This document shows, in pieces, positions 43,976 to 53,562 of a stretch of DNA of 64,000 nucleotides (its first letter is position 1; each line of letters begins with the position of its first letter). The notes under the pieces were generated by a model. That model did no database searches and was not told where the DNA came from. It saw only the letters and a program-made list of their open reading frames with translations. The position numbers and the translations under genes were made by a program. Origin of the DNA: Pseudomonadota bacterium (GTDB taxonomy: Bacteria > Pseudomonadota > Gammaproteobacteria > Burkholderiales > Burkholderiaceae_C); NCBI GenBank assembly GCA_040385325.1, contig JAZKHN010000089.1:2169-66168 (forward strand), in the 5' to 3' direction.

Positions 43976-44371
43976 ATGCTAGAACTGGTGACTCCAGAAG
44001 ATGTGCGAGACCATCTTCAAATTGACAATGACGCCTACGACAGGTGGATGGCCATCTGGATACCTGCCGTCAGTGCTGCGGTGGCGTCTTGGCTCAAGGA
44101 TCCGTGGCGGCTCTACATGGTCGCGCGCGATGCGCAGGGGAACATTCTGGAAGACAGCGCTGGCGAGCCTATCGTCCTGGATGACTCCAGCGGGGACCCC
44201 ATAGTGAACCCGACTGTGCAAGCCGCCACACTGATCGAACTTGCGCAGCAACGCCGTTTTACGGACGGCTCTGGCGCTGCGGCTGTACCAGCAACGGCTG
44301 GCCATGGGTACGTGCTGGGTGCTGGCGCAACAAGTCTTTTGAACGCGCTGCGGAAATCGACTGTCGCATGA
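43976..44371 (+). CDS. Head-tail connector (gp6/gp15-like)
   Basis: LVTPEDVRDHLQID...VQAATLIEL...SLLNALR; position. Confidence 0.85.
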   Translation: MLELVTPEDVRDHLQIDNDAYDRWMAIWIPAVSAAVASWLKDPWRLYMVARDAQGNILEDSAGEPIVLDDSSGDPIVNPTVQAATLIELAQQRRFTDGSGAAAVPATAGHGYVLGAGATSLLNALRKSTVA

Positions 44372-44751
44372 GTCTCGAAGCTGGCCGCCTGCGCCATCGT
44401 GTGCGCATTGAAGAGCTGACTGACAATGTCGACACCTCGGGCGACGTCATCCAGAATCAAGAAACCGGCGTGGTGTCGCGCAGTTGGCAGCCAGTCGCTA
44501 CTGTATGGGCCGCCATTGAACCAATCAGCGGCCGGGAGTTCATTCAGTCCCAGGCTACCCAGTCGCAGATCACTGCGCGTATTTTGATTCGACAGCGCGA
44601 CGGGCTCGATGCCGCAATGCGGCTGGTGCACGTACGGACGGGCCGGGCAGACGTGATCTACAACCCGCATGCTTTTCTCGCCGACAAGGAAAGCGGGCTT
44701 GAGTACCTAACAATTCCCTGCAGCAGCGGCGTCAGCCAGAACGGGCAATGA
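44368..44751 (+). CDS. Head closure / head-tail adaptor (SPP1 gp16-like)
   Basis: AGRLRHRVRI...W..VATVWAAIEPISGREF...RILIR...MRL. Confidence 0.9.
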   Translation: MSLEAGRLRHRVRIEELTDNVDTSGDVIQNQETGVVSRSWQPVATVWAAIEPISGREFIQSQATQSQITARILIRQRDGLDAAMRLVHVRTGRADVIYNPHAFLADKESGLEYLTIPCSSGVSQNGQ

Positions 44752-45275
44752 CCTTTGTGGTTCTGGCGACGGGGCCCAGCATGACGCATGCCCTGGCAGA
44801 TTCAATCCGCGGGCGCTGCAAGGTCGTCGCGGTCAGCGATGCCTACAAGCTGGCCCCATGGGCTGATGCTCTGGCCAGCACCGATGCGAAGTGGTGGAAA
44901 GCACATCCTGACGCGCAATACTTTGAAGGTCTGAAGTTCACGGCAGCGCCTGATTTCGTGCCTGTTCCTGGCGCTGAACGGCTGGCCGTCGACACGCATA
45001 CAAACTCCGGGCTTCTGGGCCTGATGGTGGCCGTGAAGATGGGTGCAAAGCGCATCCTGATGTGCGGGTTTGACCTGAGCGGTTCGCATTTCTTCGGGCC
45101 TCACCTCACCCCCTTGCGGAATACCAGTCCACAAAGATTCGAGCAGTTCAAGAAACAGTTCGCCGCATACCAGCCGCGCGGCGTGGAAATCATCAACTGC
45201 ACCCCTGACAGCGGGCTGCACTGCTACCCAAAGAAAGAACTCAATGCGTGCCTGGATGAACCTGCGATACGCTGA
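44748..45275 (+). CDS. Putative glycosyltransferase (DUF115/MptE-like, sialyltransferase-like Rossmann fold)
   Basis: VVLATGPS...VVAVSDAY...NSGLLGL..A..MGAKRILMCGFD...EIINCT. Confidence 0.65.
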   Translation: MTFVVLATGPSMTHALADSIRGRCKVVAVSDAYKLAPWADALASTDAKWWKAHPDAQYFEGLKFTAAPDFVPVPGAERLAVDTHTNSGLLGLMVAVKMGAKRILMCGFDLSGSHFFGPHLTPLRNTSPQRFEQFKKQFAAYQPRGVEIINCTPDSGLHCYPKKELNACLDEPAIR

Positions 45276-45948
45276 AAGCGAGCGCGGCGCGGCCTTCACG
45301 CGCGGCTTAAAACGGCTGGGCTACGAAGTCCAGCACGGCACCACCGGCGGGCCGGGCGCGAAGGACATTCTGGTCACCTGGAACAGGATAGGGCAGGGCG
45401 ACAGTTCGGCGCGGGCATTCGAGGCTGCAGGCCGCCCGGTGCTGGTGGCTGAGAACGCCTCATGGGGCAATGACTTCAACGGCGGAAACTGGCTGACGCT
45501 AGCACGCAACTTCCACAACACATCTGGGATGTTCCCGGTGGGCGGCCCTGAAAGGTGGGATTCCCAAAACTGCGAACTTGCACCATTTCGCAAACTCGGG
45601 GAAAACGTAATTATTCCGCAGCGCGGCATCGGGCCGGCTGAAGTCGCCATGCCCAGGGGCTGGCCTTACGGCAAGGTCGGCAGGATCCGGCAGCACCCCG
45701 GCAGGCGCGAGGCGGTACCGTTGGAGGTGGACCTGCAGCAGGCAGCCAAGGTGATCACATGGGGCAGCGGTGCCGCCATCAAGGCGCTGGTCTGGGGCAT
45801 CAAGGTCGAATCGCACATGCCCAACTGGATCGGCCAGCAAGACAACACCTATGCGGGCAGGCTTGCCATGTTCCGCCGCCTGGCCTGGGCGCAGGTAACC
45901 ATGGACGAGATCAACAGCGGCGCGGCGTTTGAAAGGCTTCTCGCGTGA
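45244..45948 (+). CDS. Putative GT-B glycosyltransferase (capsule biosynthesis KpsS/KpsC-like)
   Basis: PVLVAEN...ERW...VIIPQRG...IRQHP...LQQAAKVITWGSGAAIKALVWGI...RRLAWAQ. Confidence 0.6.
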   Translation: MRAWMNLRYAESERGAAFTRGLKRLGYEVQHGTTGGPGAKDILVTWNRIGQGDSSARAFEAAGRPVLVAENASWGNDFNGGNWLTLARNFHNTSGMFPVGGPERWDSQNCELAPFRKLGENVIIPQRGIGPAEVAMPRGWPYGKVGRIRQHPGRREAVPLEVDLQQAAKVITWGSGAAIKALVWGIKVESHMPNWIGQQDNTYAGRLAMFRRLAWAQVTMDEINSGAAFERLLA

Positions 45949-46787
45949 ACTTACTTTTTACCGGCCGTGGACATTCCGGAAGCTGGACCATGCGCGGCAT
46001 CCAGCTCGGTCATGCGATAGGCGCTAAGGTCATTCCACACGCCACGCTGGCTGACTGCAATGCTGCGGACATGATCGTGGGGGTCAAGCGGATTCCCGGC
46101 GGCGTCCTGAATGCGATTCGCAAGAGTGGCAAACCTTGGGTCTATGACATCGTTGACGCTTATCCCCAGCCGCAGTGCTCTACCTGGACGCAAGGGCAGG
46201 CGCTGGACTGGCTGCAGGGCCATATCGAAGCGCTTAGCCCGACGGCCGTGATCTGGCCCACCGCTCGGATGCAGGTTGACTTTGGTGGCGGCGGTACGGT
46301 GATCTATCACCACCATCGGCACAGGATCCAGCGCAATCCGATCAGGGAACGCATCGAGGTAATCGGGTACGAAGGTTCTGCCAACTTCCTCGAAGGCTGG
46401 ATGCCAGCCATCATCAGTGAATGCGAACGGATAGGCGCAAGGTTCGTGATCAACCCGGTCAGCCTCGCCGATGTGGATGTCGTCCTGGCGCTGCGCGGGC
46501 CAATCTGGTCGGGCTACCCGCAGGCCAACTGGAAAAGTAACGTGAAGCTGGCCAACGCCCACGGATCCGGAACGCCATTTATTGGAATGCCTGAGGCGGG
46601 ATACGAAGAAACCGCCTCAGGGCATGAATGCTGGGTTCAGACCCCAGAGGACCTACGCCAGGCGCTGGACCACCTGCAGCCACAGGCTGTGCGACAGGAG
46701 ATCGCTGCCGGGTTCGTGCAGCGCGCGCTGTCGGTCGGCAAGGTTGCAAAGCAGTACAGAAAGATGCTGTGCGCGTTGAAATCCTGA
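45945..46787 (+). CDS. Putative GT-B glycosyltransferase
   Basis: SWTMRG.QL...VGVKR...VYDIVD...IGYEGS...DVVLALR...KSNVKLANAHGSGTPFI. Confidence 0.65.
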   Translation: MNLLFTGRGHSGSWTMRGIQLGHAIGAKVIPHATLADCNAADMIVGVKRIPGGVLNAIRKSGKPWVYDIVDAYPQPQCSTWTQGQALDWLQGHIEALSPTAVIWPTARMQVDFGGGGTVIYHHHRHRIQRNPIRERIEVIGYEGSANFLEGWMPAIISECERIGARFVINPVSLADVDVVLALRGPIWSGYPQANWKSNVKLANAHGSGTPFIGMPEAGYEETASGHECWVQTPEDLRQALDHLQPQAVRQEIAAGFVQRALSVGKVAKQYRKMLCALKS

Positions 46788-47554
46788 GCGGCGCCAAATA
46801 TTCGATGACCGCGGCTCGCTGGTTGCGCGCTATGGCCATTGCCCTGGATGAGAGCGGAGAGACCGTGATCCGAACCTCTCAATATGTGGGGGATGCTGAA
46901 ACCCTGCTGCTTTTCGGTGTCGGCGCTGACGCTCACGATAGGGCCCGACGTATTCACCTTGCCAGCGGCCGGCGGGTGGTGCATTTCGACATGGGGTATT
47001 TCGGGGACCGAAAAAGCAATGTCCGCATCTGCATTGATGAAGACCATCCGCAGCGCTGGCTGGAAGCAACTCCTCCTAAGGTCATGCGCTGGGTGCAACA
47101 GGGCATAGACCTTCGCAATGACGCCAAGGCGCGCGGCCCAATCGTATTGATCGGCTTGGGGAAGAAGTCCCGAAGCTATCTGAACCTTCCGCACTGGGAG
47201 GCCCAGAAGCTGGAGGCTTTGAAAGCGGAGTTTCCAGGCAGGGAGATCATCTACCGCCCCAAAACAAGGGTCGATGTGGAACTGGGATTGCCGGTTGATG
47301 CGACCACCCCCATAGCCGAATTGCTGACCGGTGCTTCGCTGGTTGTGTGCCGGCACTCCAACTGTGCGGTTGATGCGGTGATCGCTGGTATTCCATTTCG
47401 AGCCGAGGACGGCGCGGCCATGTGGCTTCAGGGCAAGGACTTCACGCCTGCGAACCGGCTGGACTTCCTGCGGCGCCTCGCCTACTGGCAGTACTCAGTT
47501 CACGAAGCCCCGCAAGCCTGGGCATTTGCAAAAAGGATGATGAAATGCGTCTGA
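46769..47554 (+). CDS. Putative GT-B glycosyltransferase (KpsS/KpsC-like), paralogue of 45244..45948
   Basis: VVHFDMGYF...IIYRPK...LLTGASLVVCRHSNCAVDAVIAGIP...RRLAYWQY; GTG start inferred. Confidence 0.6.
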   Translation: MRVEILSGAKYSMTAARWLRAMAIALDESGETVIRTSQYVGDAETLLLFGVGADAHDRARRIHLASGRRVVHFDMGYFGDRKSNVRICIDEDHPQRWLEATPPKVMRWVQQGIDLRNDAKARGPIVLIGLGKKSRSYLNLPHWEAQKLEALKAEFPGREIIYRPKTRVDVELGLPVDATTPIAELLTGASLVVCRHSNCAVDAVIAGIPFRAEDGAAMWLQGKDFTPANRLDFLRRLAYWQYSVHEAPQAWAFAKRMMKCV

Positions 47555-48042
47555 ATATCGGTGCAGGAAACAAGCGCATGCCGGGATATACCGGTATTGA
47601 CGCCGTCGAGCGTCCGGCTGCTGATATTGTTGCGCCTGCCTGGGCTATTCCGCTAGATGACGGCGTGGCCGACGAGATATTGGCCGTGCATCTGTGGGAG
47701 CATTTCTACCGGTGGCAGTGCGATATGGTGATCAAGGAATGGCACCGCCTGCTCAAGCCCGGCGGTGACCTGTGCCTTGAATTGCCGGACTTTTGGAAGT
47801 GCTGCGAAAACGTCCTGAGCGGCGTCAAGGCCAAACATCCTGACCAGCTTTCGATGTGGGGCGTTTACGGCGATCCTCGCGATCAGGATGAATTCATGTG
47901 CCATCGGTGGGGCTGGACACCTGCAACGCTGACGGAATTTCTGACTGCGGCAGGTTTTGTCGATGTGCGACAGGTGCCAACACAGTTCCATCGGGCCGGT
48001 GCGCACCTGCGCGACATGCGGATCGAGGCTCGCAAACCATGA
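47545..48042 (+). CDS. Class I SAM-dependent methyltransferase (small-molecule/sugar type)
   Basis: MRLNIGAG...GYTGID...DEILAVHLWEHF...WHRLLKPGG.L.LELPD. Confidence 0.85.
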   Translation: MRLNIGAGNKRMPGYTGIDAVERPAADIVAPAWAIPLDDGVADEILAVHLWEHFYRWQCDMVIKEWHRLLKPGGDLCLELPDFWKCCENVLSGVKAKHPDQLSMWGVYGDPRDQDEFMCHRWGWTPATLTEFLTAAGFVDVRQVPTQFHRAGAHLRDMRIEARKP

Positions 48043-48707
48043 TCCGCCTGTTCTGCGGCTATGACGCGCGAGAGGCGGTGGGTTTCCACACTTTCGCGCA
48101 CAGCGTGATCAGCCGGGCCAGCCAGCCGGTCAGCATCGTTCCGATGGCCGGGATGGGTCTGCCACCTGGTACCAATACCTTCACCCTGTCCCGGTTCCTG
48201 GTGCCATTCATGATGGGTTTTCAGGGCCACGCGATATTTGCAGATGCCTGCGACATGCTGATGCTGGGCGACGTGGCCGAACTCGATGCGCTGTTCGACC
48301 CCAGCAAGGCGGTGCAGGTGGTCCAGCACCAAAACTATGTCAGCCAGCACGCGCGCAAATATGTCGGCACAGAAATGGAGTGCGAGCAGAGCAACTACGC
48401 CCGCAAGAACTGGGCGAGCCTGATGTTGATCAACTGCGGACATGAAGCATGGCGCGAGCGATACACCTGCCTCGGTCACGAGCCCACCATCAAGCACCTG
48501 CAGTTCGACGGGTTCACCAGCCAGGAGATGGGCGCGCTGCCGCCGGAGTGGAATGTACTGATCGATGAAGGTCAGGATGACGCCGGCGCAAAGGTGCTGC
48601 ACTGGACTGCAGGCCTGCCGACCTTCAAGCACTACCAGAACGCCAGGCGCTCTGCCGACTGGTTCAATGAATATACCGCCATGACCGGGGCATCTCACCG
48701 TGCCTGA
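48039..48707 (+). CDS. Putative GT-A (GT8-like) glycosyltransferase
   Basis: LFCGYDARE...FTLSRFLVP...AIFADACDML...RKNWASLML...LPPEWNVL...VLHWTAGLP. Confidence 0.8.
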   Translation: MIRLFCGYDAREAVGFHTFAHSVISRASQPVSIVPMAGMGLPPGTNTFTLSRFLVPFMMGFQGHAIFADACDMLMLGDVAELDALFDPSKAVQVVQHQNYVSQHARKYVGTEMECEQSNYARKNWASLMLINCGHEAWRERYTCLGHEPTIKHLQFDGFTSQEMGALPPEWNVLIDEGQDDAGAKVLHWTAGLPTFKHYQNARRSADWFNEYTAMTGASHRA

Positions 48708-49170
48708 ACAATTCGAAGTCGACCTGCAGCGGCTGTCCCGCACGTTCGACAGCCTGAAAAAGGAAGTGCGGTACAAGAGCGGTCGTTTTGCACTGCGCAA
48801 AGCCGCACAGCTTGTACGTGACGCTGCTCGTGAGAATGCCTCACGCCTGGATGACCCCATAACCGCTGCCAACATCTCGAAGAACATCACTGAGCGTTGG
48901 AGCTCCAGATATTACAAGGCGACCGGGGATCTCATGTTTCGGGTAGGCGTGATGGGCGGTGCCGGCGGTCGTGCGAAATCTGAGGAACTCGCAAGTCTGC
49001 CAGGGGGTGACACCCAGCACTGGAGACACCTCGAGTTTGGTACCGAGCGGACAGCCGCCCAGCCGATCATGCAACCTGCGTTGCGTAATAACGCTCAAGC
49101 CGCAACTGACGTTTTTGTCACCCAACTGGACAAGGGCATCGAGCGAGCACTGAAGGCGGTCACCAAATGA
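48700..49170 (+). CDS. HK97 gp10-like tail completion protein
   Basis: ALRKAAQLVRDAAR...WRHLEFGTERTAAQPIMQPAL. Confidence 0.9.
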   Translation: MPEQFEVDLQRLSRTFDSLKKEVRYKSGRFALRKAAQLVRDAARENASRLDDPITAANISKNITERWSSRYYKATGDLMFRVGVMGGAGGRAKSEELASLPGGDTQHWRHLEFGTERTAAQPIMQPALRNNAQAATDVFVTQLDKGIERALKAVTK

Positions 49171-49538
49171 GCTTTCCTCCAATATTCGCAGCGGTCAATG
49201 TCACCGAAGTGCAGGCGCTGCTCAAGACAGGGCAGGGCGAGCTGCGCTTCTATCTTTTCGGCAAGGCCCCCCAGAAGGTCGCATTGCCGTATGCCGTGTG
49301 GCGGCAGTCATATGGATCGCCTGAAAACTTTATCGACCAGAGGCCGGACACCGACGGATTCGGCGTGCAAGTCGATGTGTATGCGGCAAACGCCGATGAC
49401 GCCCGCGCGGTAGCGATGGCGCTGCGCGATGCCATAGAGACAAAGGCCTACATCACCGCGTGGCGTGGCGAGAGCCGCGACCCGGACACGAACAACTTTG
49501 TATTTTCCTTTGACAGTGATTGGCTGACGCCGCGCTGA
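49167..49538 (+). CDS. Tail terminator (DUF3168-like)
   Basis: APQKVALPYAVW...GSPEN...VQVDVYA...LRDAIE. Confidence 0.85.
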   Translation: MSFPPIFAAVNVTEVQALLKTGQGELRFYLFGKAPQKVALPYAVWRQSYGSPENFIDQRPDTDGFGVQVDVYAANADDARAVAMALRDAIETKAYITAWRGESRDPDTNNFVFSFDSDWLTPR

Positions 49539-49573
49539 ACGAGTTCCCCCCGCCCTTTTGGGCATCACCACCC

Positions 49574-49596
49574 AGCCGCTTTTAAGCGGCTTTTTT
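49574..49596 (+). terminator. Intrinsic terminator-like hairpin before tail tube gene
   Basis: AGCCGCT-TTTA-AGCGGCT-TTTTT. Confidence 0.6.
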
Positions 49597-49616
49597 GTTT
49601 CCAAAAGGAGTTCATC

Positions 49617-50111
49617 ATGAGTATGTCAACCCAGGGCACCAAGCTCTATTTCATCGACCCTGACACCGACGCTGCCACTGCCGTCGACTGCCTTCTGAGC
49701 GCCAATCCAGGCGGCGCACCAGCGGACCAGCTCGATGACACGTGTCTCGAAGAAACCAGCGGCTATCGCACGTTCAAGCGCGGACTGAAAACACCCGGCC
49801 AGGCTGGAATCAGCATCAACGCCGATCCGCGTCTTGCCAGCCATGTGCGGCTTTTCGAACTCTCGCAAGGTGTTGCCGATGAGAACATCAAATGGGCGCT
49901 GGGCTGGTCAGACGGCACCGATGCCCCGACCGTGGACAGCAACGGCGACTTCAACTTGCCGACCACCCGTACCTGGTTCACCTTCGAAGGCTACGTCGCA
50001 GATTTCCCCTTCGACTTCCAGCTCAATGCCCTTGTCACCGCCGATGTGAGCATCCAGCGTTCCGGTGCTGGTGTCTGGGTGCCTAAATTGCCTCCGTTTC
50101 AGGAGCTCTAA
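49617..50111 (+). CDS. Tail tube (major tail) protein
   Basis: [11 protein letters not shown]...DTCLE...GLKTPG...WALGWSDGT...[17 protein letters not shown]. Confidence 0.9.
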   Translation: MSMSTQGTKLYFIDPDTDAATAVDCLLSANPGGAPADQLDDTCLEETSGYRTFKRGLKTPGQAGISINADPRLASHVRLFELSQGVADENIKWALGWSDGTDAPTVDSNGDFNLPTTRTWFTFEGYVADFPFDFQLNALVTADVSIQRSGAGVWVPKLPPFQEL

Positions 50112-50114
50112 GGC

Positions 50115-50531
50115 ATGACGCTCGAAGAACTGATCGAGCGGGGCGGTTTCGTGCCGCCGGAGCTGATTGAAAAAGAGGTCACGTGGAAGGGCGCCAAGGG
50201 CGGCCCGGCCACGTTCACCGTCTTTATCAAACCTCCCACAGCCGCGACCTATGACCGCAGCGCCCGCGCCATGCAATCGTCGGGCGACACGCTCGACAAC
50301 GGGTATGCGCCGCGACCCCTGACGATCTCCGGCATGCTTTTCTTTGACAAAGAGGGCACCAAGGGGATCAGCTACGTCAAGGCCTGTGAGTTGCACGAGG
50401 GACTTTGCAGCGTTCTCTACAAGGCCTGCACCGAGGTCATCGTCGAGGGGGTCGAAGCCTCAAAAAACTCACAGCCACCGATGAGTTCTGGCATGAGCTC
50501 GTCCTCAACGGAGTCGGTGGCAGGACAGTAG
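50115..50531 (+). CDS. Tail assembly chaperone (gpG-like)
   Basis: Between tube and tape measure genes; slippery A-AAA-AAC at 50462-50468. Confidence 0.8.
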   Translation: MTLEELIERGGFVPPELIEKEVTWKGAKGGPATFTVFIKPPTAATYDRSARAMQSSGDTLDNGYAPRPLTISGMLFFDKEGTKGISYVKACELHEGLCSVLYKACTEVIVEGVEASKNSQPPMSSGMSSSSTESVAGQ

Positions 50532-50782
50532 CTGAGGCCAAGCAATGCATGACGTATGCCGAGGCCCTGAAGTGGTCCGAGTACATGAAAAAGCGCGGGA
50601 CCCTCAACCTGGGCATGCGCCTCGAATCTGGCTTGGCTCACCTGCAGGCCATGGTGATCAATCGCACCGGTGGCTACAAGGGCGGCGGCGCCGCCAACCC
50701 GCGCGACTTCATGCCTCATGCCGACAAACAGGTCGAACAGACCGCAATGACTCTGGCGCAAGCCATGGAGTTGTTCAAATAG
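50462..50782 (+). CDS. Tail assembly chaperone gpT-like segment, reached by -1 frameshift
   Basis: The -1 frame after the slippery site reads KKLTATDEFWHELVLNGVGGRTVAEAK...DFMPH. Confidence 0.8.
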   Translation, partial: KKLTATDEFWHELVLNGVGGRTVAEAKQCMTYAEALKWSEYMKKRGTLNLGMRLESGLAHLQAMVINRTGGYKGGGAANPRDFMPHADKQVEQTAMTLAQAMELFK

Positions 50783-50794
50783 AAGAGGCTGCAC

Positions 50795-52948
50795 ATGGCA
50801 GGAAATAAAAGCCTCGGCACGTTGACGTTGGACCTCATCGCCAAGATCGGCGGCTTTGAGGCTGGGCTTGGAAAAGCGGAGCGTGAAGCGGAGAAGCGCG
50901 CCAAGGCCATCCAGAAGGTCTTCGACAAAGCAGGTACCGCCGCAGGGGTCGCGTTCGGCACAGCGGTCACTGCAGCCATTGCTGGTGCCGCCGTATTCGA
51001 CCGCCTGATCAAACAGGTCGGTGACTTTCAGGACATCGCTGAGAAGACTGGCGGTAGTGCGGAGGGTTTCGCATCGTTCGCGGTCTCCGCAGCGGTGGCG
51101 AACGTCGAGATCAATACTCTGGCCGCAGCATCCGTGCGCCTGACCAAGGGTCTGACTGGGGTTGACGATGAATCCAAGGCTGCTGGTGCTGCCATCCAGG
51201 CGCTCGGCCTTGACCTGGGCAAATTCAAGGACCTTGCACCGGAAGATCAGATTGAATCAGTAGCCAAAGCACTCGGTGGCTTTGAAGATGGGGCCAGCAA
51301 AACCGCTGTTGCTGTCGCCCTTTTTGGGAAGGCCGGTGCTGACCTGCTGCCGTTCCTGAAAGAACTCGAGCAGCAGGGCGGCCGGCAGGTCGTGCTCACC
51401 GCCGAGCAGATCAAGATGGCCGACGAGTATGCAGACCGCCAGGCTCGCGCAACCGCGCAGCTGAACCAGTATGCGCAGGCCATCGCTGTCCAGGCACTCC
51501 CGGCTCTGACCATCTTCACCACTGCCCTCAAGGAGACCATTCAGGAGATCGTGAATCTGGAGAGTGCCACCCAAGGCCTCAGCCGCGATGAGGCTGTACA
51601 AGAATTCGCCAAAGACACAGCGGTTGCTCTGGCCACCATGGTCGATGGGATCGCCAACGCTGTGAAGGCATTCAAGGCTTTGTACAGCAGTGCAGCTGTC
51701 CTGGCTCAGCTGACGCCAGCCGCCATGATCGATGGCATCAGCAGAGGCGCAGCCGACTATGTTGACCGTGTCAAAAAGAGCATTCAGGACGCAAGCAAAG
51801 ATGTAGATGCGTTGAGTGTTGGTTTCGGTTTTGCCGACCGCGTGCGCGAGGGCTTCAATCGAGCTGCCAAGGACAAGACTTTTGCCAAATCCATAGAGGC
51901 TGAAGCCAAGCGTCTCGAGGCGCTGAATGGCGGCAGCCTGGACGCTACTCCCCGCCTGAACTTTGCAGGTGGCGTCAAGGCCGACAAGGCAGGTGGCGCA
52001 GCCAAGCAGAGCGAAGCCGACCGCTACATCGAGAGCCTGCAAAAGCAACTCGAGAAGACCCAAGACCTCACCGTCGCCGATCAGGTCCTGCTCGACATCC
52101 AGAAGGGAAGGCTTGGCTCCGTCACTGAAGCCCAGAAAGAGCAGATCCTTCTCACGGCCCGTCAGATCGACGCTGCCCGGGAGTTTGAGCAGGTACTCAA
52201 AGATCGCCGCGCGGCCAGCATCGCTGAAGGCGACGCGGTCACCAAGGTCAATGAAGCCTACCAGTCCCGCCTGAAAACACTGCTTGATGCCACAGCATCC
52301 AGCAAGCTGCAGAAAGACCGCGAAGATGCCCGACTTCTCACCGAAGAGTTTGAGGCAGGGCGGCTCACTGAAGAAAAATACCTCGAGGCCCTGACAGCCC
52401 GGTTTGATCTTGTCGGCGAGAAGATCAATGAAACGAACACCTTCGCCAAAGACCTGGGCTTGACCTTTACAAGCGCCTTTGAAGATGCAGTGTCAGCCGG
52501 GAAGAGTTTCGGCGACGTGCTCAAAGGTCTCGGCGCTGACCTGCTGCGATTGGGAACCCGGAAGTTTGTAACCGAGCCTTTTGGCAATGCGATTGATGGT
52601 GCTCTGAAGAATGCTCTCAGCATGTCTTCAGGCGGCTTCGACTACAGCCAGGCCGCAGCTGCTGGAGTCGATTTCATGTTCCGGGCAGCCGGCGGCCCCG
52701 TGTCTGCAGGCTCTCCCTACATCGTCGGCGAGCGTGGGCCCGAGCTTATGGTGCCAAGTCAGTCAGGCACCGTGGTGCCAAACCATGCGCTCGGGGTCAC
52801 CGGCGGCAGTTCCAAGATCAACTTCGCGCCCGTCATTCACATTGATGCGCGCGCGGACATTGGTCAGATTCAAAAGATTGTGGACCGCCAGATGCGTGCA
52901 AGCGAAGCCCGTCTGGTGGACAACCTCAATATTCAGGGGCGCATATGA
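50795..52948 (+). CDS. Tail tape measure protein
   Basis: LGTLTLDLIAKIGGF, Ala-rich helical body, RAAGGPV...YIVGERGPEL. Confidence 0.92.
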   Translation: MAGNKSLGTLTLDLIAKIGGFEAGLGKAEREAEKRAKAIQKVFDKAGTAAGVAFGTAVTAAIAGAAVFDRLIKQVGDFQDIAEKTGGSAEGFASFAVSAAVANVEINTLAAASVRLTKGLTGVDDESKAAGAAIQALGLDLGKFKDLAPEDQIESVAKALGGFEDGASKTAVAVALFGKAGADLLPFLKELEQQGGRQVVLTAEQIKMADEYADRQARATAQLNQYAQAIAVQALPALTIFTTALKETIQEIVNLESATQGLSRDEAVQEFAKDTAVALATMVDGIANAVKAFKALYSSAAVLAQLTPAAMIDGISRGAADYVDRVKKSIQDASKDVDALSVGFGFADRVREGFNRAAKDKTFAKSIEAEAKRLEALNGGSLDATPRLNFAGGVKADKAGGAAKQSEADRYIESLQKQLEKTQDLTVADQVLLDIQKGRLGSVTEAQKEQILLTARQIDAAREFEQVLKDRRAASIAEGDAVTKVNEAYQSRLKTLLDATASSKLQKDREDARLLTEEFEAGRLTEEKYLEALTARFDLVGEKINETNTFAKDLGLTFTSAFEDAVSAGKSFGDVLKGLGADLLRLGTRKFVTEPFGNAIDGALKNALSMSSGGFDYSQAAAAGVDFMFRAAGGPVSAGSPYIVGERGPELMVPSQSGTVVPNHALGVTGGSSKINFAPVIHIDARADIGQIQKIVDRQMRASEARLVDNLNIQGRI

Positions 52949-53562
52949 GTGTGATCACGCCACCGGCCAGCCTCTGCACCAGCTCCTTCCGATGGAAGCT
53001 CAAACGCAACCAGATTCTGAGTAGGTCGCCTTTTGGCTCACAAGGTATCGAGGCATCTGTTCCCCAGTGGACATGCGCAATGACTGGGGTCATTCAATAC
53101 AAGCGTGAAGCCATTGTGCTGGAGACCTTCCTGGAGTCCCTCGACGGCTTCCGTAACCAGGTGGCGGTGTACAACCGAGCCCAGCCGGTACCGGCCGGCA
53201 CGATGCGCGGCACCATGGTGCTTGCCGCCGATGCTGATGATGGTGACCTCGTCCTGTCGATATCGGCTGGCGGCGGCCAGGCTGCGAAAACCCTGCTGAC
53301 AGGTGACCTGTTGGGCATCGGGTCAGGTACCAGCCAGCAGGTGGTGCGCCTTGCAGCCAATGCTGTCGCCAACGGCTCTGGGGTCATTTCGGTGACTCTG
53401 AACCACGCGCTGATCGGCGACTTCGCAGCAGGTACTTCAGTGCGGTGGAACCAACCCCAGGCATTGTTCCGTCAAGCCCAGGACAACAGCGGCATTGAAT
53501 ACACCCCGGGCGGCATTGGCCAGCCGTGGGCGCTTGACCTGATAGAAGATCGCCGGCCGTGA
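52945..53562 (+). CDS. Distal tail-like protein
   Basis: Position after TMP; SRSPF...W...FLESLDG. Confidence 0.7.
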   Translation: MSVITPPASLCTSSFRWKLKRNQILSRSPFGSQGIEASVPQWTCAMTGVIQYKREAIVLETFLESLDGFRNQVAVYNRAQPVPAGTMRGTMVLAADADDGDLVLSISAGGGQAAKTLLTGDLLGIGSGTSQQVVRLAANAVANGSGVISVTLNHALIGDFAAGTSVRWNQPQALFRQAQDNSGIEYTPGGIGQPWALDLIEDRRP

